Assembly: GCA_900541645.1 (NCBI GenBank)
Contig: UQKQ01000001.1
Location: 113,741-177,740 of the forward strand
DNA: 64,000 nt
Direction: 5' to 3'
DNA from: an uncultured Collinsella sp.
GTDB taxonomy: Bacteria; Actinomycetota; Coriobacteriia; Coriobacteriales; Coriobacteriaceae
The notes under the pieces are model-generated. The model saw nothing but the letters and a program-made list of their open reading frames with translations. It was not told the DNA's origin and made no database searches. Position 1 is the first letter of the stretch. Each line of letters opens with the position of its first letter. Of this stretch, positions 7,223 through 17,631 are shown one piece after another. The position numbers and the translations under genes are program-made.

Positions 7223-9718
7223 TTAGCTAATTCCCACAAACATGCAGCCCGAGGTCGCGCCGCGCAGGCGGGCAGCGGGCTTGCGGCCGGCTTGCGCGGC
7301 CTCGACGGCGCGACGGACGCGAGCGACGGCACGGCCAATCTCATCGGCCTCGAGCAAGGTTCCGTCGACCATAAGACGGCGTACGCCGGCGTCGAGCAGC
7401 TGTGGAACCTGCGGTGTGAGGTCGATGGGGTAGGCGTCGTACAGGCGAGAGCGGCCGTGGATGTCGGTGCGGACGGGCATGACCTTTCCGTCGATATTCT
7501 TGAGCGAGAGCTTGCGGGCACGCAGGCGGCAGTTGGCACAATCGTGGATGCAGCCGTTGGCAACCTGCAGAATGCAATGCTCGCTTGTCATGACGCGTGG
7601 GCGGCCAAAGACGGTGATGCCTAGAGCCGCGGGCGCGGCGGCGCCGAGCGAGACAATCTCGTTGAGCGTGATCTCGGGCGAGAGCCAAAACGCACCGGCT
7701 CCGCGCTCGGCAAGCGCCTCCATGCAGGGCGTGTTGTGCACCGGCAGGCAAGAGCGAATCTCGGTCGTGGCGCCAACCTGGGCGGCCAGGGCAAGCTCAG
7801 AGATGTTGCCAATAGCGACCGTGGCGCCGGCAACAACCCATGGGTCAACGCGGACGTGGTCAACGGCGCGGCAGACCTCATCGAGCACGGGTACGATGCC
7901 CTGCTCAAACGTATCGGCGGGGGAGAGCTTGGCCGCATCGAGCGCGTCGGTGGTCATGTAGATGCGCGTTGCACCCTCCGCCCGCGCTGCCTCGGCGGCC
8001 TCGAGCGAGGTGACGGTGGCGCAGATCTGCGGCTCGTCGCGGTAGTGCTCGGGCGCGGGGCGGGAATCACTGGTGACAATCGCCGGCAGCTCGAGCGTTT
8101 TCGCGCGCTCCTCGTACGGCGCAAGAATGGCCTCCTCCAATGCTTTACAGGCGGCGGCGCGCACCTTATGTACGGCGGAGAAACCCATGCCACAGCCCTC
8201 ATCGAGCGCCACCTCAAAGCTCGCAGCCTCAAAGGGAGAGGAACCCATGCGGCCGACGTGCTCAACCAGATCGGACGCCTCGACCGCACGGGTCTTGGCG
8301 GCTTCGACAGTAAAGCCCGTGGCCGTGGCCGTAAGCGAAGGGTCGTCGCAGCAGGTGAGTGTGACGGCAAACGGCTCGCCCAGGCGCGCCACGACGGATA
8401 CATCAACAGCTCGGCGGCGCAGCACATCGCGCTTGAGCGCGGCGCTGGCAGCGTCAATAGCGCGCTGGCTTCGAATCACACGCACGCGGCAGCCCTCGGG
8501 CATGCTGCGGGGCACGCGACACTCGATAACATCGCCGGCAGCGGCATCATCGGCGGCGATGGTGGTCAGGAACTGGTCGAACTCATCGTCGTGGCGAAGC
8601 TCCAGCAGGTCGCCCTTGCCCACGGGCTCAAACAACTCAATGCGGGCGATGGCGGCGCGGCGACGGCGGTCGTCGGGCTTGAGCCCGCGCACATCGCGGT
8701 TGGTCAGGCGGCTGCCGAGCACCGTGCCCACGATCTGGCCGCGGTTGTTGGAGCGCTCGTAACTCATCATCTCGTCGCCCGAGGTGCCGTCCTGATAGGC
8801 GTGCGTAAAGTCACGGTTAAAGCAGCGCTTGAGCTGGCGCTGGCGGGCGGCTTTCTCGTCCTTAGAGGTCGAAACATCGGCCAGCATATCGTCAATCTGA
8901 TGACGATACACGTCGACGATGGAATACACGTAATCGGGCGCCTTCATGCGGCCCTCGAGCTTGAGCGACGCGGCGCCGGCGTCATACAGGCGGCGAACAA
9001 GTTGTGAGGTGTTGGTGTCACGCGGGCACAGCGCGCGCTCGCGACCGGCAGGGGAGAGCGCGCGGCCGTTCTCGTCGATCAGCTCGTAGGGCAAGCGGCA
9101 GGGCTGGGCGCACATGCCACGGTTGGCCGAGCGGCCCGCCATGGCAAAGCTCGAAAGCAGACACAGGCCAGAGTAGCAAAAGCAGATGGCGCCATGGCTA
9201 AAGACCTCAAGGTTCACATCGGGCGCGGCATCGTGAATGGCGGCAATCTCGTCGATGGAAAGCTCGCGCGAGAGGGTCACGCGGTCGGCGCCCTGCTCGC
9301 GACACCAAAGGGTTCCGCGGTCGTCGTGGATGTTCGCCTGGGTCGAGATATGCGTCTCGATGCTGGGCATCGTGCGCTTGACCTCAAAGAACAGGCCCCA
9401 GTCCTGGATGATGAAGGCGTCGGCGCCCAGCGTGGAGCAGCGATGGATGAGCTGCAGCGCATCGGCCATCTCGGACTGCTTGATGACGATGTTGACCGTG
9501 ACGTAGACGCGCGAGCCGGCCAGATGCGCGGCGCGGCAGGCCTGCTCAAAGGCCTCGTCGGTAAAGTTGGTGGCCTTGCGGCGTGCGTTGAAGCTGCCCA
9601 TGCCGCAGTAGATGGCGTCTGCCCCGGCGGCGAGCGCGGCGGCAAAGGGCTCCGGGCCTCCGGCGGGGGCCAAGAGCTCGGGCCTGCGGTTGGTGGTTCG
9701 ACTGGCGATTGCGGTCAT
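7223..9718 (-). CDS. U32-family peptidase-like protein, long form (RlhA/YegQ-like RNA-modification-associated)
   Basis: 831 aa. N-terminal PELLAPAG start typical of U32; conserved E..R catalytic-region blocks; immediately upstream of rluA in the same orientation. Confidence 0.85.
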   Translation of the reverse strand: MTAIASRTTNRRPELLAPAGGPEPFAAALAAGADAIYCGMGSFNARRKATNFTDEAFEQACRAAHLAGSRVYVTVNIVIKQSEMADALQLIHRCSTLGADAFIIQDWGLFFEVKRTMPSIETHISTQANIHDDRGTLWCREQGADRVTLSRELSIDEIAAIHDAAPDVNLEVFSHGAICFCYSGLCLLSSFAMAGRSANRGMCAQPCRLPYELIDENGRALSPAGRERALCPRDTNTSQLVRRLYDAGAASLKLEGRMKAPDYVYSIVDVYRHQIDDMLADVSTSKDEKAARQRQLKRCFNRDFTHAYQDGTSGDEMMSYERSNNRGQIVGTVLGSRLTNRDVRGLKPDDRRRRAAIARIELFEPVGKGDLLELRHDDEFDQFLTTIAADDAAAGDVIECRVPRSMPEGCRVRVIRSQRAIDAASAALKRDVLRRRAVDVSVVARLGEPFAVTLTCCDDPSLTATATGFTVEAAKTRAVEASDLVEHVGRMGSSPFEAASFEVALDEGCGMGFSAVHKVRAAACKALEEAILAPYEERAKTLELPAIVTSDSRPAPEHYRDEPQICATVTSLEAAEAARAEGATRIYMTTDALDAAKLSPADTFEQGIVPVLDEVCRAVDHVRVDPWVVAGATVAIGNISELALAAQVGATTEIRSCLPVHNTPCMEALAERGAGAFWLSPEITLNEIVSLGAAAPAALGITVFGRPRVMTSEHCILQVANGCIHDCANCRLRARKLSLKNIDGKVMPVRTDIHGRSRLYDAYPIDLTPQVPQLLDAGVRRLMVDGTLLEADEIGRAVARVRRAVEAAQAGRKPAARLRGATSGCMFVGIS

Positions 9719-9900
9719 ATCCTGCCTTTCAAAATGCTCAGATACTCAAAAGTATAGTGGTGCCGTCGCGGCAGGCGATGCCCGTGCTCTAAGCGGGATA
9801 AAGTCTTCAGCAGCTTGGACTGGCTGCTCCACATGAGAACCGTTCAACGGTCCGGGGAAACCGTTGGGCGATAAAATATTCTCGCAACGTGATAATAATC

Positions 9901-9929
9901 TTGCATCGCGCGGAAACCTTGAGTACTAT
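9901..9929 (+). promoter_or_regulatory. Sigma70-like promoter TTGCAT-17-TACTAT upstream of ridA
   Basis: Hexamers with 17-nt spacing; followed by a leader hairpin at 9939–10001. Confidence 0.4.
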
Positions 9930-10016
9930 CCCAATCAAGCGCGGTGTTCAGACCGAACTGTGCCTCCCGGTGTGAACGCCGCGCTCCCGTTCCCTTTTAC
10001 TTGTAAGGAGAAAAAC

Positions 10017-10394
10017 ATGAGCAAGACCGTCGTGTCTTCCGATAACGCACCCGCAGCCATCGGCCCGTATTCCCCTGGTATCCAGGCCGGCAACATGGTG
10101 TTCCTGTCCGGCCAGCTGGGCATCGACCCCGCAACCGGTAAGATGCCCGAGGGCGTCGAGGCCCAGGCCAAGCAGTCCCTTGCTAACGTCGAGGCCCTGC
10201 TGACCGCTGCCGGCGCCACCTTTGCCGATGTCGTCAAGACCACAGTCTACCTGGCTGACATTGCCGACTTTGCCGCCGTGAACGAGATCTACGCCTCCAA
10301 GTTTGAGGCTCCGTTCCCCGCGCGCAGCGCTTTCCAGGTTGCCGCCCTTCCGGCTGGCGGTCTGGTCGAGATCGAGGTTGTCGCCGCTCTCTAA
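10017..10394 (+). CDS. ridA: RidA/YjgF-family reactive-intermediate deaminase
   Basis: 125 aa. RBS AAGGAG; conserved blocks AIGPYS, GQLGIDP, VKTTVYL, FPARSAFQVAALP. Confidence 0.85.
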   Translation: MSKTVVSSDNAPAAIGPYSPGIQAGNMVFLSGQLGIDPATGKMPEGVEAQAKQSLANVEALLTAAGATFADVVKTTVYLADIADFAAVNEIYASKFEAPFPARSAFQVAALPAGGLVEIEVVAAL

Positions 10395-10516
10395 GGCGTT
10401 GGCCACAACTAAACATGACATGCAAAAAGACCCTGCAGCGCGTGCGAGCTGCAGGGTCTTTTGTCAAGCGATGCGACAAAAATGATCCGTTTCCCTTCGT
10501 CCCCAAGGGATCACGT

Positions 10517-11173
10517 TTAGCCTTCCTTGCGGACTTTTTGCAGGTAGCGGTATACGCTGGGCTCCGAAATGCCCAGCGCGGTGGCGGCGCAGGCCACAGC
10601 GCCCTTGAGCATGAACACCCCGTTGCCGTTGAGGTGGCGAATGACGTCCACGCGGTCGCTCTGACCAAGCGACGCTACATCCAGCCCGCGCGCGCTCAGC
10701 AACTCGGTAATGCTGCGGTCGATGAGCTCCTGCGTGGACTCCGAAAGGCTTTCGACCTCGATAGGGGCGGGCTCCGTGCGCGTCGGCGCCGCGTCGAAGC
10801 ATGCCATGAGCTGCTGCGCCATGGTGTTGATGGAGCGCACGGTCGAGAGGTCGGTGTTGACGCAGAGCATACCGACGATCTCGTTATCCTCGCGGATAAA
10901 GTACGTCGCCGACTCCAGCGTTTTGCCGCCGGCGCCGCGGCCCTCGTAGCCCGTAATAAACGGCAGGTCGCAATACTTGGGGTCGTGCATGATCTTGAGC
11001 GCCAGATCGGTGGCGGGACCGCCGACCTTGCGGCCACTCACGATGCCGTTGCGAATATCGACGATGGCGTGGTCGGGATCCGAGAAATCGTGCAGCACGA
11101 TCTCGCTGTTCTTGCCGAGTATCTGCTCCAGGAAATCGACCATCGGCAAAAAGCGGCGTACGGTCTCGTTCAC
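10517..11173 (-). CDS. YheO-like PAS-domain transcriptional regulator (DauR/YheO family, C-terminal HTH)
   Basis: GTG start with AAGGAG 7 nt upstream (the ORF track over-extends the N-terminus). Has a PAS_6-like block (VLHDFSDPDHAIVDIRNG) and a C-terminal HTH (GISEPSVYRYLQ). Divergent from the NCS2 permease. Confidence 0.75.
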   Translation of the reverse strand: MNETVRRFLPMVDFLEQILGKNSEIVLHDFSDPDHAIVDIRNGIVSGRKVGGPATDLALKIMHDPKYCDLPFITGYEGRGAGGKTLESATYFIREDNEIVGMLCVNTDLSTVRSINTMAQQLMACFDAAPTRTEPAPIEVESLSESTQELIDRSITELLSARGLDVASLGQSDRVDVIRHLNGNGVFMLKGAVACAATALGISEPSVYRYLQKVRKEG

Positions 11174-11525
11174 GGGCAACTCCTTTGGGTGAAATCGGAA
11201 ATGTTCATAACAATTTTTTCTCATGGTAACACGCTGCTCATCATCTCGTATATCCGCAGGTACATTGCGTAATGCAGACGAACGGTATGATTTTGGCCGT
11301 AAACGGTCGACCAAAAGAAAAGTAAGATGTTATTTAGACCAGACACATTCCTGACCTGCGGAAACGAGTTATTTCAGCCGAAGAATAGTCTGATAACAAA
11401 AAATTATTATTGAGAATGAGAATCATCTTTAATACGATATGCAACGAAGGCACAACCTCAACCCCGCACTGCGTCACAATAGAGCGTTAGATGCGAAAAC
11501 AACTACTTCGAGGATTGGTGGTCAA

Positions 11526-12920
11526 ATGACCCAGGAGACGGTTACGAACGGCACTGAAGTCCTGTTCACTCGTGAAGGCATGCCTCCCGTTAAGGAAATG
11601 ATCCCGTGTGCCCTTCAGCACGTACTGGCTTCGTTTGCCGGTATCATCACCCCGGCTGTCATCATGGCCGGTGTCTACGGCTTTAATAGCCAGCAGAGCA
11701 CCGACATCATCCAGGTCGCGCTCATTCTTTCGGCGATCGACACGGCCCTTCAGGCCTTCGCTCCCTTCCGTCGCATCGGCGGCGGCCTGCCCATCGTCAT
11801 GGGCGTTTCGTTCGCGTTCCTGCCGGCCCTGCAGGCCATGGGTGCCTCGGGCTTTAGCTTTGGTGCGCTGCTGGGCGGCGAGATCGTCGGCGGCGCCGTC
11901 GCGGTCCTCTTTGGTCTGGCCTACAGCAAGATCAAGTGGCTGTTCCCGCCCGTCGTGACCGGTACGGTCATCTTCTCCATTGGCGTCTCTCTCTATCCCA
12001 CGGCCGTCAAGTACATGGCCGGCGGCATGGGCACGCCGCTGTGGGGCACCCCGCAGGCCTGGTGCGTCGCTCTTATCACCTTCGCCGTGGTCTTTGCGCT
12101 CGCCAACTTTGGCAAGGGCACGCTCAAGCTGGGCTCCGTGTTCTTTGGCATGATCGTTGGCATGATCGTCTCCATCCCCTTCGGCATGATCGACTTCTCC
12201 AGCGTCGCCACCGCTCAGGTCTTCGCCCTTCCCAAGCTCATGCCCTACGCGCTCGAGTTTGATCCCGAGGTCTGCATTACCCTCGCCGTCGTGTTCCCCA
12301 TGGTTGCCATCCAGGTTATCGGTGACGTCTCCGCCGCCTGCCTGGGCTCCATCGACCGTATGCCCACCGAGCGCGAGCTCTCCGGCGCTATCGTGTCGCA
12401 GGGCCTCACCTCTATGGTCGGCGGCCTGCTGGGCGGTCTTCCCACCAGCGCCCTTGGCCAGAACGTGGGCATCATCTGCTCCAACAAGGTCGTTAACAAG
12501 TGGGTCTTTGTGATCATCGCAGCCGTCTTTGCCATCGCCGGTCTGTTCCCGCAGCTCTCTGCCGTCCTTTCCGCTATCCCGCAGCCCGTTATCGGCGGCG
12601 CGACCGTCGGCGTCTTTGGCACCATTACCATGAACGGCGTGCGCATGTTCACCCGCGAGGGCCTCACGCAGCGCACTACCACCATCGTCGGTACCTCCGT
12701 CGTCTTTGGCCTGGGTATCTGGATGGCCAGCGGTTGCCTTGCCGGCGAGGGTATGCCCGCCTGGGTGTCCACCGTCATCGGCTCCAATGCCGTAACCCCC
12801 ACCGCCATCATGGCCATTGTCCTTAACCTGATCCTTCCGCAGACGCCGGTCGTGGCTCAGCACATCGATGCCGCCAAGGACGCTGCCGTGGATCTGGTCT
12901 TGCCCGAGAGCAAGAAGTAA
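11526..12920 (+). CDS. NCS2-family nucleobase:cation symporter (xanthine/uracil permease)
   Basis: About 464 aa with 12–14 TM segments and NCS2 signature blocks (QHVLASFAGIITPA, QNVGIICSNKV). Confidence 0.85.
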   Translation: MTQETVTNGTEVLFTREGMPPVKEMIPCALQHVLASFAGIITPAVIMAGVYGFNSQQSTDIIQVALILSAIDTALQAFAPFRRIGGGLPIVMGVSFAFLPALQAMGASGFSFGALLGGEIVGGAVAVLFGLAYSKIKWLFPPVVTGTVIFSIGVSLYPTAVKYMAGGMGTPLWGTPQAWCVALITFAVVFALANFGKGTLKLGSVFFGMIVGMIVSIPFGMIDFSSVATAQVFALPKLMPYALEFDPEVCITLAVVFPMVAIQVIGDVSAACLGSIDRMPTERELSGAIVSQGLTSMVGGLLGGLPTSALGQNVGIICSNKVVNKWVFVIIAAVFAIAGLFPQLSAVLSAIPQPVIGGATVGVFGTITMNGVRMFTREGLTQRTTTIVGTSVVFGLGIWMASGCLAGEGMPAWVSTVIGSNAVTPTAIMAIVLNLILPQTPVVAQHIDAAKDAAVDLVLPESKK

Positions 12921-13115
12921 CCAATTCGGTGCTATTCGTCGGCGGACGCATCGCCTCGTCCGCCGACGTCATGCGGCGCCAAGCCGCACTTCAAAGGGTT
13001 TGTCCCTTTGGTGAAGCGTTGGCGGGAGAGGGCCCGTTTCCGGTGTAGGCCGGCGCTTCGCACTCCACCATGTCAGAGGTGTCAAACCCCGCCTCTGATG
13101 TTGAAGGGAGCATCC

Positions 13116-14471
13116 ATGCTTCTGGTCGCTAACGGTTCCGTTTTTACCCGCAACGCTCAGACCCCGTTTATTCCAAACGGTGCGGTCGCCATTGACGGAG
13201 ATACGATCGTCGAAGTGGGCCCCGAGTGCGAGCTCAAGGCCAAGTACCCGGATGCCGAGTACGTCGACGCCCAGGGCAACCTCATCATGCCCGGACTCAT
13301 CAACTGCCACACCCACATCTACTCGGGTCTGGCCCGCGGCCTTGCCATTAAGGGCTGCAACCCCACCAACTTCCTGGAGAATCTTGAGCAGCAGTGGTGG
13401 AAGATCGATGACAACCTGACGCTCGACGGCACCAAGGCCAGCGCCTATGCCACGATTCTTGACTCCATCCGCGATGGCGTCACAACGATCTTCGATCACC
13501 ACGCGAGCTTCTGCGAGATCCCAGGCAGCCTCTTTACCATTAAGGATGCAGCTCAGGAGCTGGGCATGCGTTCGTGCCTGTGCTACGAGGTCTCCGACCG
13601 CCGCGGTCAGGAAAAATGCGACCAGGCCATTGCCGAGAACGCCGAGTTTGCCCAGTGGGCCGCCAAGGAGCGTCGCGATAACCACAACCACATGATCGCC
13701 GCCATGTTTGGCGGTCACGCCACCTTTACGCTGTCGGACGAGACCATGGATAAGATGGCCGAGGCCAACAACGGCCTGACCGGCTTCCACATCCATGTGT
13801 GCGAGGGCATGAATGACGTGTGGGACTCCCGCCTCAACCGCGGTGGCATCAGCCCCGTCGAGCGCCTGCTGCAGCACAATTTGCTGGGTCCCGACACCAT
13901 GCTCGGCCACTGCATCCACGTGACGCCTGCCGAGATGGATATCGTCAAGGAGTCCGGCACCTGGCTCGTCAACAACCCCGAATCCAATATGGGCAACGCC
14001 GTGGGCTGCGCTCCCGTGCTCGAGTTCTTCCGCCGCGGCATCCCCGTGTGCATGGGCACCGACGCCTACACCCACGATATGCTCGAGAGCCTCAAGGTCT
14101 TCCTGATCATTCAGCGCCACAACGCAGCCATGCCCAACGTGGGCTGGTGCGAGGCCATGACGATGCTGTTCGAGAACAACGCCAAGATGGCGAGCAAGTA
14201 CTTCGATCGCAAGCTCGGCGTGCTCGAGGCCGGCGCTGCCGCCGACGTCATCGTTATGGACTACAAGCCCTTTACGCCGCTGAGCGAGGAGAACATCGAC
14301 GGCCACATGCTCTTTGGCATGATGGGCAAAAACTGCCGCACCACCATCATCAACGGCCGCGTCCTGTACAAGGATCGCGAGTTTGTCGGTATCGATGAAG
14401 AAAAGATCAACGCGTGGACCATGGCTGAGTCCAAGAAGCTCTGGAGCACGCTCAACGATCGCACCTACTAA
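13116..14471 (+). CDS. ssnA: SsnA-like putative aminohydrolase (chlorohydrolase family), selenium-dependent hydroxylase cluster member
   Basis: Matches E. coli SsnA block-for-block: CHTHIYSGLARG (vs HNHFYSGLSRG), DHHASF, GVLEAGAAAD (vs GLLEAGYKAD), NGRVLYKDREF. RBS GAAGGGAG. Confidence 0.8.
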   Translation: MLLVANGSVFTRNAQTPFIPNGAVAIDGDTIVEVGPECELKAKYPDAEYVDAQGNLIMPGLINCHTHIYSGLARGLAIKGCNPTNFLENLEQQWWKIDDNLTLDGTKASAYATILDSIRDGVTTIFDHHASFCEIPGSLFTIKDAAQELGMRSCLCYEVSDRRGQEKCDQAIAENAEFAQWAAKERRDNHNHMIAAMFGGHATFTLSDETMDKMAEANNGLTGFHIHVCEGMNDVWDSRLNRGGISPVERLLQHNLLGPDTMLGHCIHVTPAEMDIVKESGTWLVNNPESNMGNAVGCAPVLEFFRRGIPVCMGTDAYTHDMLESLKVFLIIQRHNAAMPNVGWCEAMTMLFENNAKMASKYFDRKLGVLEAGAAADVIVMDYKPFTPLSEENIDGHMLFGMMGKNCRTTIINGRVLYKDREFVGIDEEKINAWTMAESKKLWSTLNDRTY

Positions 14472-14620
14472 TTACAAGTAGATTCACGCGCGTCGGATGT
14501 TTCGCCGCATCCGGCGCGCGCATAGGCGGCCTCCGCGGGGTCGCCGGCGCTTGTGCTAGCGCTACACCGTATTTGCGCCCGCCGCGCGGTCTCGCCGGGC
14601 GTTACAGAGAGGAGCTCACT

Positions 14621-17620
14621 ATGAGCGACATCATGAGGCCGATCCCGTTTTCGCAGCTGATGAACTGGATCATCGAGGAGCACAAGACCCAGGACGCCAT
14701 CTTTGGCGTGCGTAAGATGGTCACGACCAACCAGGAGGGTGCGCTTCCCATTTTTGACGAGCGCATCGAGACTCCGTTTGGCCCGGCTGCCGGTCCCAAT
14801 ACGCAGCTGGCCCAGAACATCGTGGCCTCTTATGTGGCCGGTTCTCGCTTCTTTGAGCTCAAGACCGTCCAGGTTATGGACGGCGAGGAGCTCTCCAAGT
14901 GCGTCAACAAGCCCTGCATCGTGGCTCAGGACGAGTGCTACAACTGCGAATGGTCGACCGAGCTCGAGGTTCCGCAGGCCTTTGCCGAGTACGTGAAGGC
15001 ATGGTTTGCCTGCCACCTGATCGCTCGCGAGTACGGCCTGGGCAGCCCGGACGGTTTTGTCTTTAACATGTCGGTGGGCTATGACCTCGAGGGTATCAAG
15101 AGCCCCAAGGTCGACGCCTACATCGAGGGCATGAAGGACGCCAGCGGCTCCGAGGTTTGGAACGAGTGCCGCACATGGGCGCTCGCTAACCTGGACAAGT
15201 TTGAGCATGTCGATGCCGCGTTTGTCGAGTCCATCCCGGCGCGCGTCTCCAACTCCATCACCGAGTCCACGCTGCATGGCTGCCCGCCGGCGGAGATCGA
15301 GCGCATCGCGACCTATCTGATCACCGAGAAGGGCCTCAACACCTACATCAAGTGCAACCCCACGCTGCTGGGCTATGAGTTTGCCCGCCAGCGTCTGAAC
15401 GAGCTGGGCTTTGACTACATCGTCTTCGACGATACGCACTTCCGCGAGGACCTGCAGTGGGCCGACGCCGTGCCCATGTTCGAGCGCCTGATTGCCCTGT
15501 GTGCCGAGCGTGGCCTGGAGTTTGGCGTCAAGCTGACCAACACGTTCCCCGTCGACGTGACGAGGAACGAGCTGCCTTCCACCGAGATGTACATGTCGGG
15601 CCGTTCGCTGTTCTCGCTGACCATCGAGGCCGCCCGTCGCATTACCGAGCAGTTCGATGGCAAGTTGCGTATCAGCTACTCCGGTGGTGCCACGGTCTAC
15701 AACATCCGTGCCCTGTACGATGCCGGCATTTGGCCCGTTACCCTGGCGACCGACGTGCTCAAGCCCGGTGGCTACGAGCGCTTTAGCCAGATGGCTGGCG
15801 AATTTACCGATCTGGACGGCAAGCCGTTCGCGGGCGTCTCGCTCGAGGCCGTGACTGCGATCCAGACCGACTCGCTCACCAACCCGCTCTACAAGAAGCC
15901 GCTGCGCCCGTTGCCCGACCGCAAGGTTGCCGGCAAGAGCCCGCTTTCCGACTGCTTTACCACGCCGTGCCGCACGAGCTGCCCCATCCAGCAGGATATT
16001 CCCGCCTATCTGGCGGCTGTTGACGAGGGCCGCTACGAGGACGCACTCAACATCATCATCGAGCGCAACGCCCTGCCGTTCATTACCGGCACCATCTGCC
16101 CGCATCCCTGCGGCCGTGCCTGCGAGCGTGCATTCTACGAGCCCGAGGGCGCCCAGATCCGCGCCAGCAAGCTCAAGGCCGCCCGCGAGGCCATGACCGC
16201 CGTGCTGCCCAAGCTGCGCGCCCAGACCATCACCAACGACGGCGAGCGCAACGTTGCCGTTATCGGCGGCGGCCCGGCCGGCCTGGCGACGGCGTTCTTC
16301 CTGACGCGCGCTGGCGTGCCCGTCACTATCTTTGAGGCCCGCGATTCGCTCGGCGGCGTGGTCCGTCACGTGATCCCCGAGTTCCGTATTGCCAGCGACG
16401 ATATCTCCCACGACGCTGAGCTTTGCCTGGCCTTTGGTGCCAAGGTTCAGCTCAACGCCCGCGTGGAGTCCATTGACGAGCTCAAGGCCCAGGGCTTTAC
16501 CGACGTGGTCGTGGCCACCGGTGCCTGGATGCCCGGCTCTGCGGGCCTAGGCGAGGGTGCCGAGCTCGATGTGCTGGAGTTCCTCGAGGCCGCCAAGAAG
16601 GGCGAGAAACTCGAGCTGGGCGAGGACGTCGTGGTCATTGGCGCCGGCAACACCGCCATGGACGCCGCCCGCGTGGCCAAGCGCCTGGCTGGCGTGAAGA
16701 ACGTGCGCCTGGTGTATCGCCGCACCAAGAAGCAAATGCCCGCCGACGAGGAAGAGCTCGATCTTGCTCTTGCTGACGGCGTTGAGTTCTGCGAGCTGCT
16801 GGCGCCCAAGGCGCTCAACGGCGCCGTGCTGACCTGCGATGTTATGGAGCTTGGCGAGCCGGATGCAAGCGGCCGTCGCAGCCCTGTCGCCACGGGCGAG
16901 ACCGTCGAGCTTCCCGCCACCACGGTGATCTGCGCCGTGGGCGAGGGCATCGATGCCAGCCTGTACGATGCCGCGGGCGTCGAGCACGACCGTCGCGGCC
17001 GCCTTGCCGCCACCTCCACCGGCGTCGAGGGCGTCTGGGCTGCCGGTGACTGCCGTCGCGGTCCGGCCACCGTGGTCGAGGCTATCGCCGACGCCGCCGA
17101 GGTCGCCCGTGCCATCGCTGGCGTGGACTTTAACAAGTACGCCGACCAGAATGCTCAGGCCGGTCGCGAGGACGCCTGCTACGAGCGCAAGGGGTCGCTG
17201 TGCCGCGACAAGCGCAATTGCACCAAGACCCGCTGCCTAGGCTGCGGCTCGGTGTGCGAGGTCTGCTGCGACGTATGCCCCAACCGCGCCAACGTGGCAA
17301 TTAAGGTGCCGGGCCTGGCCAAGCATCAGGTCGTCCATGTCGACGGCATGTGCAACGAGTGCGGCAACTGCGCCGTGTTCTGCCCCTACCAGGAGGGTCG
17401 TCCCTACAAGGACAAGCTCACCCTGTTCTGGAGCGAGCAGGACATGGAGAACTCCGAGAACGAGGGCTTCCTGGCCGTGGACGAGGATCACTTTAAGGTC
17501 CGCGTCGCCGGCACGGTCCGCACCGTCTCGGTCGATGCCGTCAACACCGGTCTGCCCGAGGCCGTCCGCCTGACCATCAAGGCCGTGCGCGACAGCTATC
17601 CGTACCTTCTTAAGAAATAG
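14621..17620 (+). CDS. ygfK: YgfK-like putative selenate reductase / molybdenum hydroxylase accessory oxidoreductase (DPD-like N-domain + GltD-like FAD/NAD domain + 4Fe-4S)
   Basis: The N-terminus MSDIMRPIPF…GPAAGPNTQLAQNIV…FELKTVQV matches E. coli YgfK. Has a GGGPAGL dinucleotide motif and C-terminal Cys-rich clusters. Confidence 0.85.
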   Translation: MSDIMRPIPFSQLMNWIIEEHKTQDAIFGVRKMVTTNQEGALPIFDERIETPFGPAAGPNTQLAQNIVASYVAGSRFFELKTVQVMDGEELSKCVNKPCIVAQDECYNCEWSTELEVPQAFAEYVKAWFACHLIAREYGLGSPDGFVFNMSVGYDLEGIKSPKVDAYIEGMKDASGSEVWNECRTWALANLDKFEHVDAAFVESIPARVSNSITESTLHGCPPAEIERIATYLITEKGLNTYIKCNPTLLGYEFARQRLNELGFDYIVFDDTHFREDLQWADAVPMFERLIALCAERGLEFGVKLTNTFPVDVTRNELPSTEMYMSGRSLFSLTIEAARRITEQFDGKLRISYSGGATVYNIRALYDAGIWPVTLATDVLKPGGYERFSQMAGEFTDLDGKPFAGVSLEAVTAIQTDSLTNPLYKKPLRPLPDRKVAGKSPLSDCFTTPCRTSCPIQQDIPAYLAAVDEGRYEDALNIIIERNALPFITGTICPHPCGRACERAFYEPEGAQIRASKLKAAREAMTAVLPKLRAQTITNDGERNVAVIGGGPAGLATAFFLTRAGVPVTIFEARDSLGGVVRHVIPEFRIASDDISHDAELCLAFGAKVQLNARVESIDELKAQGFTDVVVATGAWMPGSAGLGEGAELDVLEFLEAAKKGEKLELGEDVVVIGAGNTAMDAARVAKRLAGVKNVRLVYRRTKKQMPADEEELDLALADGVEFCELLAPKALNGAVLTCDVMELGEPDASGRRSPVATGETVELPATTVICAVGEGIDASLYDAAGVEHDRRGRLAATSTGVEGVWAAGDCRRGPATVVEAIADAAEVARAIAGVDFNKYADQNAQAGREDACYERKGSLCRDKRNCTKTRCLGCGSVCEVCCDVCPNRANVAIKVPGLAKHQVVHVDGMCNECGNCAVFCPYQEGRPYKDKLTLFWSEQDMENSENEGFLAVDEDHFKVRVAGTVRTVSVDAVNTGLPEAVRLTIKAVRDSYPYLLKK

Positions 17621-17631
17621 GCGAGTCTCTT

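Noticed and set aside
11315-11525. Purine riboswitch upstream of the NCS2 permeases (also 37177–37303)
   Set aside because: Neither leader contains the conserved purine-riboswitch junction motifs (…UAUA…GGGAUAUGGCCC…). Regulation is more likely by the adjacent YheO-like proteins.
11487-12863. 458-aa minus-strand ORF antisense to the NCS2 permease, and similar antisense ORFs 14468–16411, 17596–19623, 36226–37140, 42467–43852 and 47227–48678
   Set aside because: Low-complexity Gly/Asp/Arg-rich translations with no RBS. Each overlaps a well-supported sense gene.
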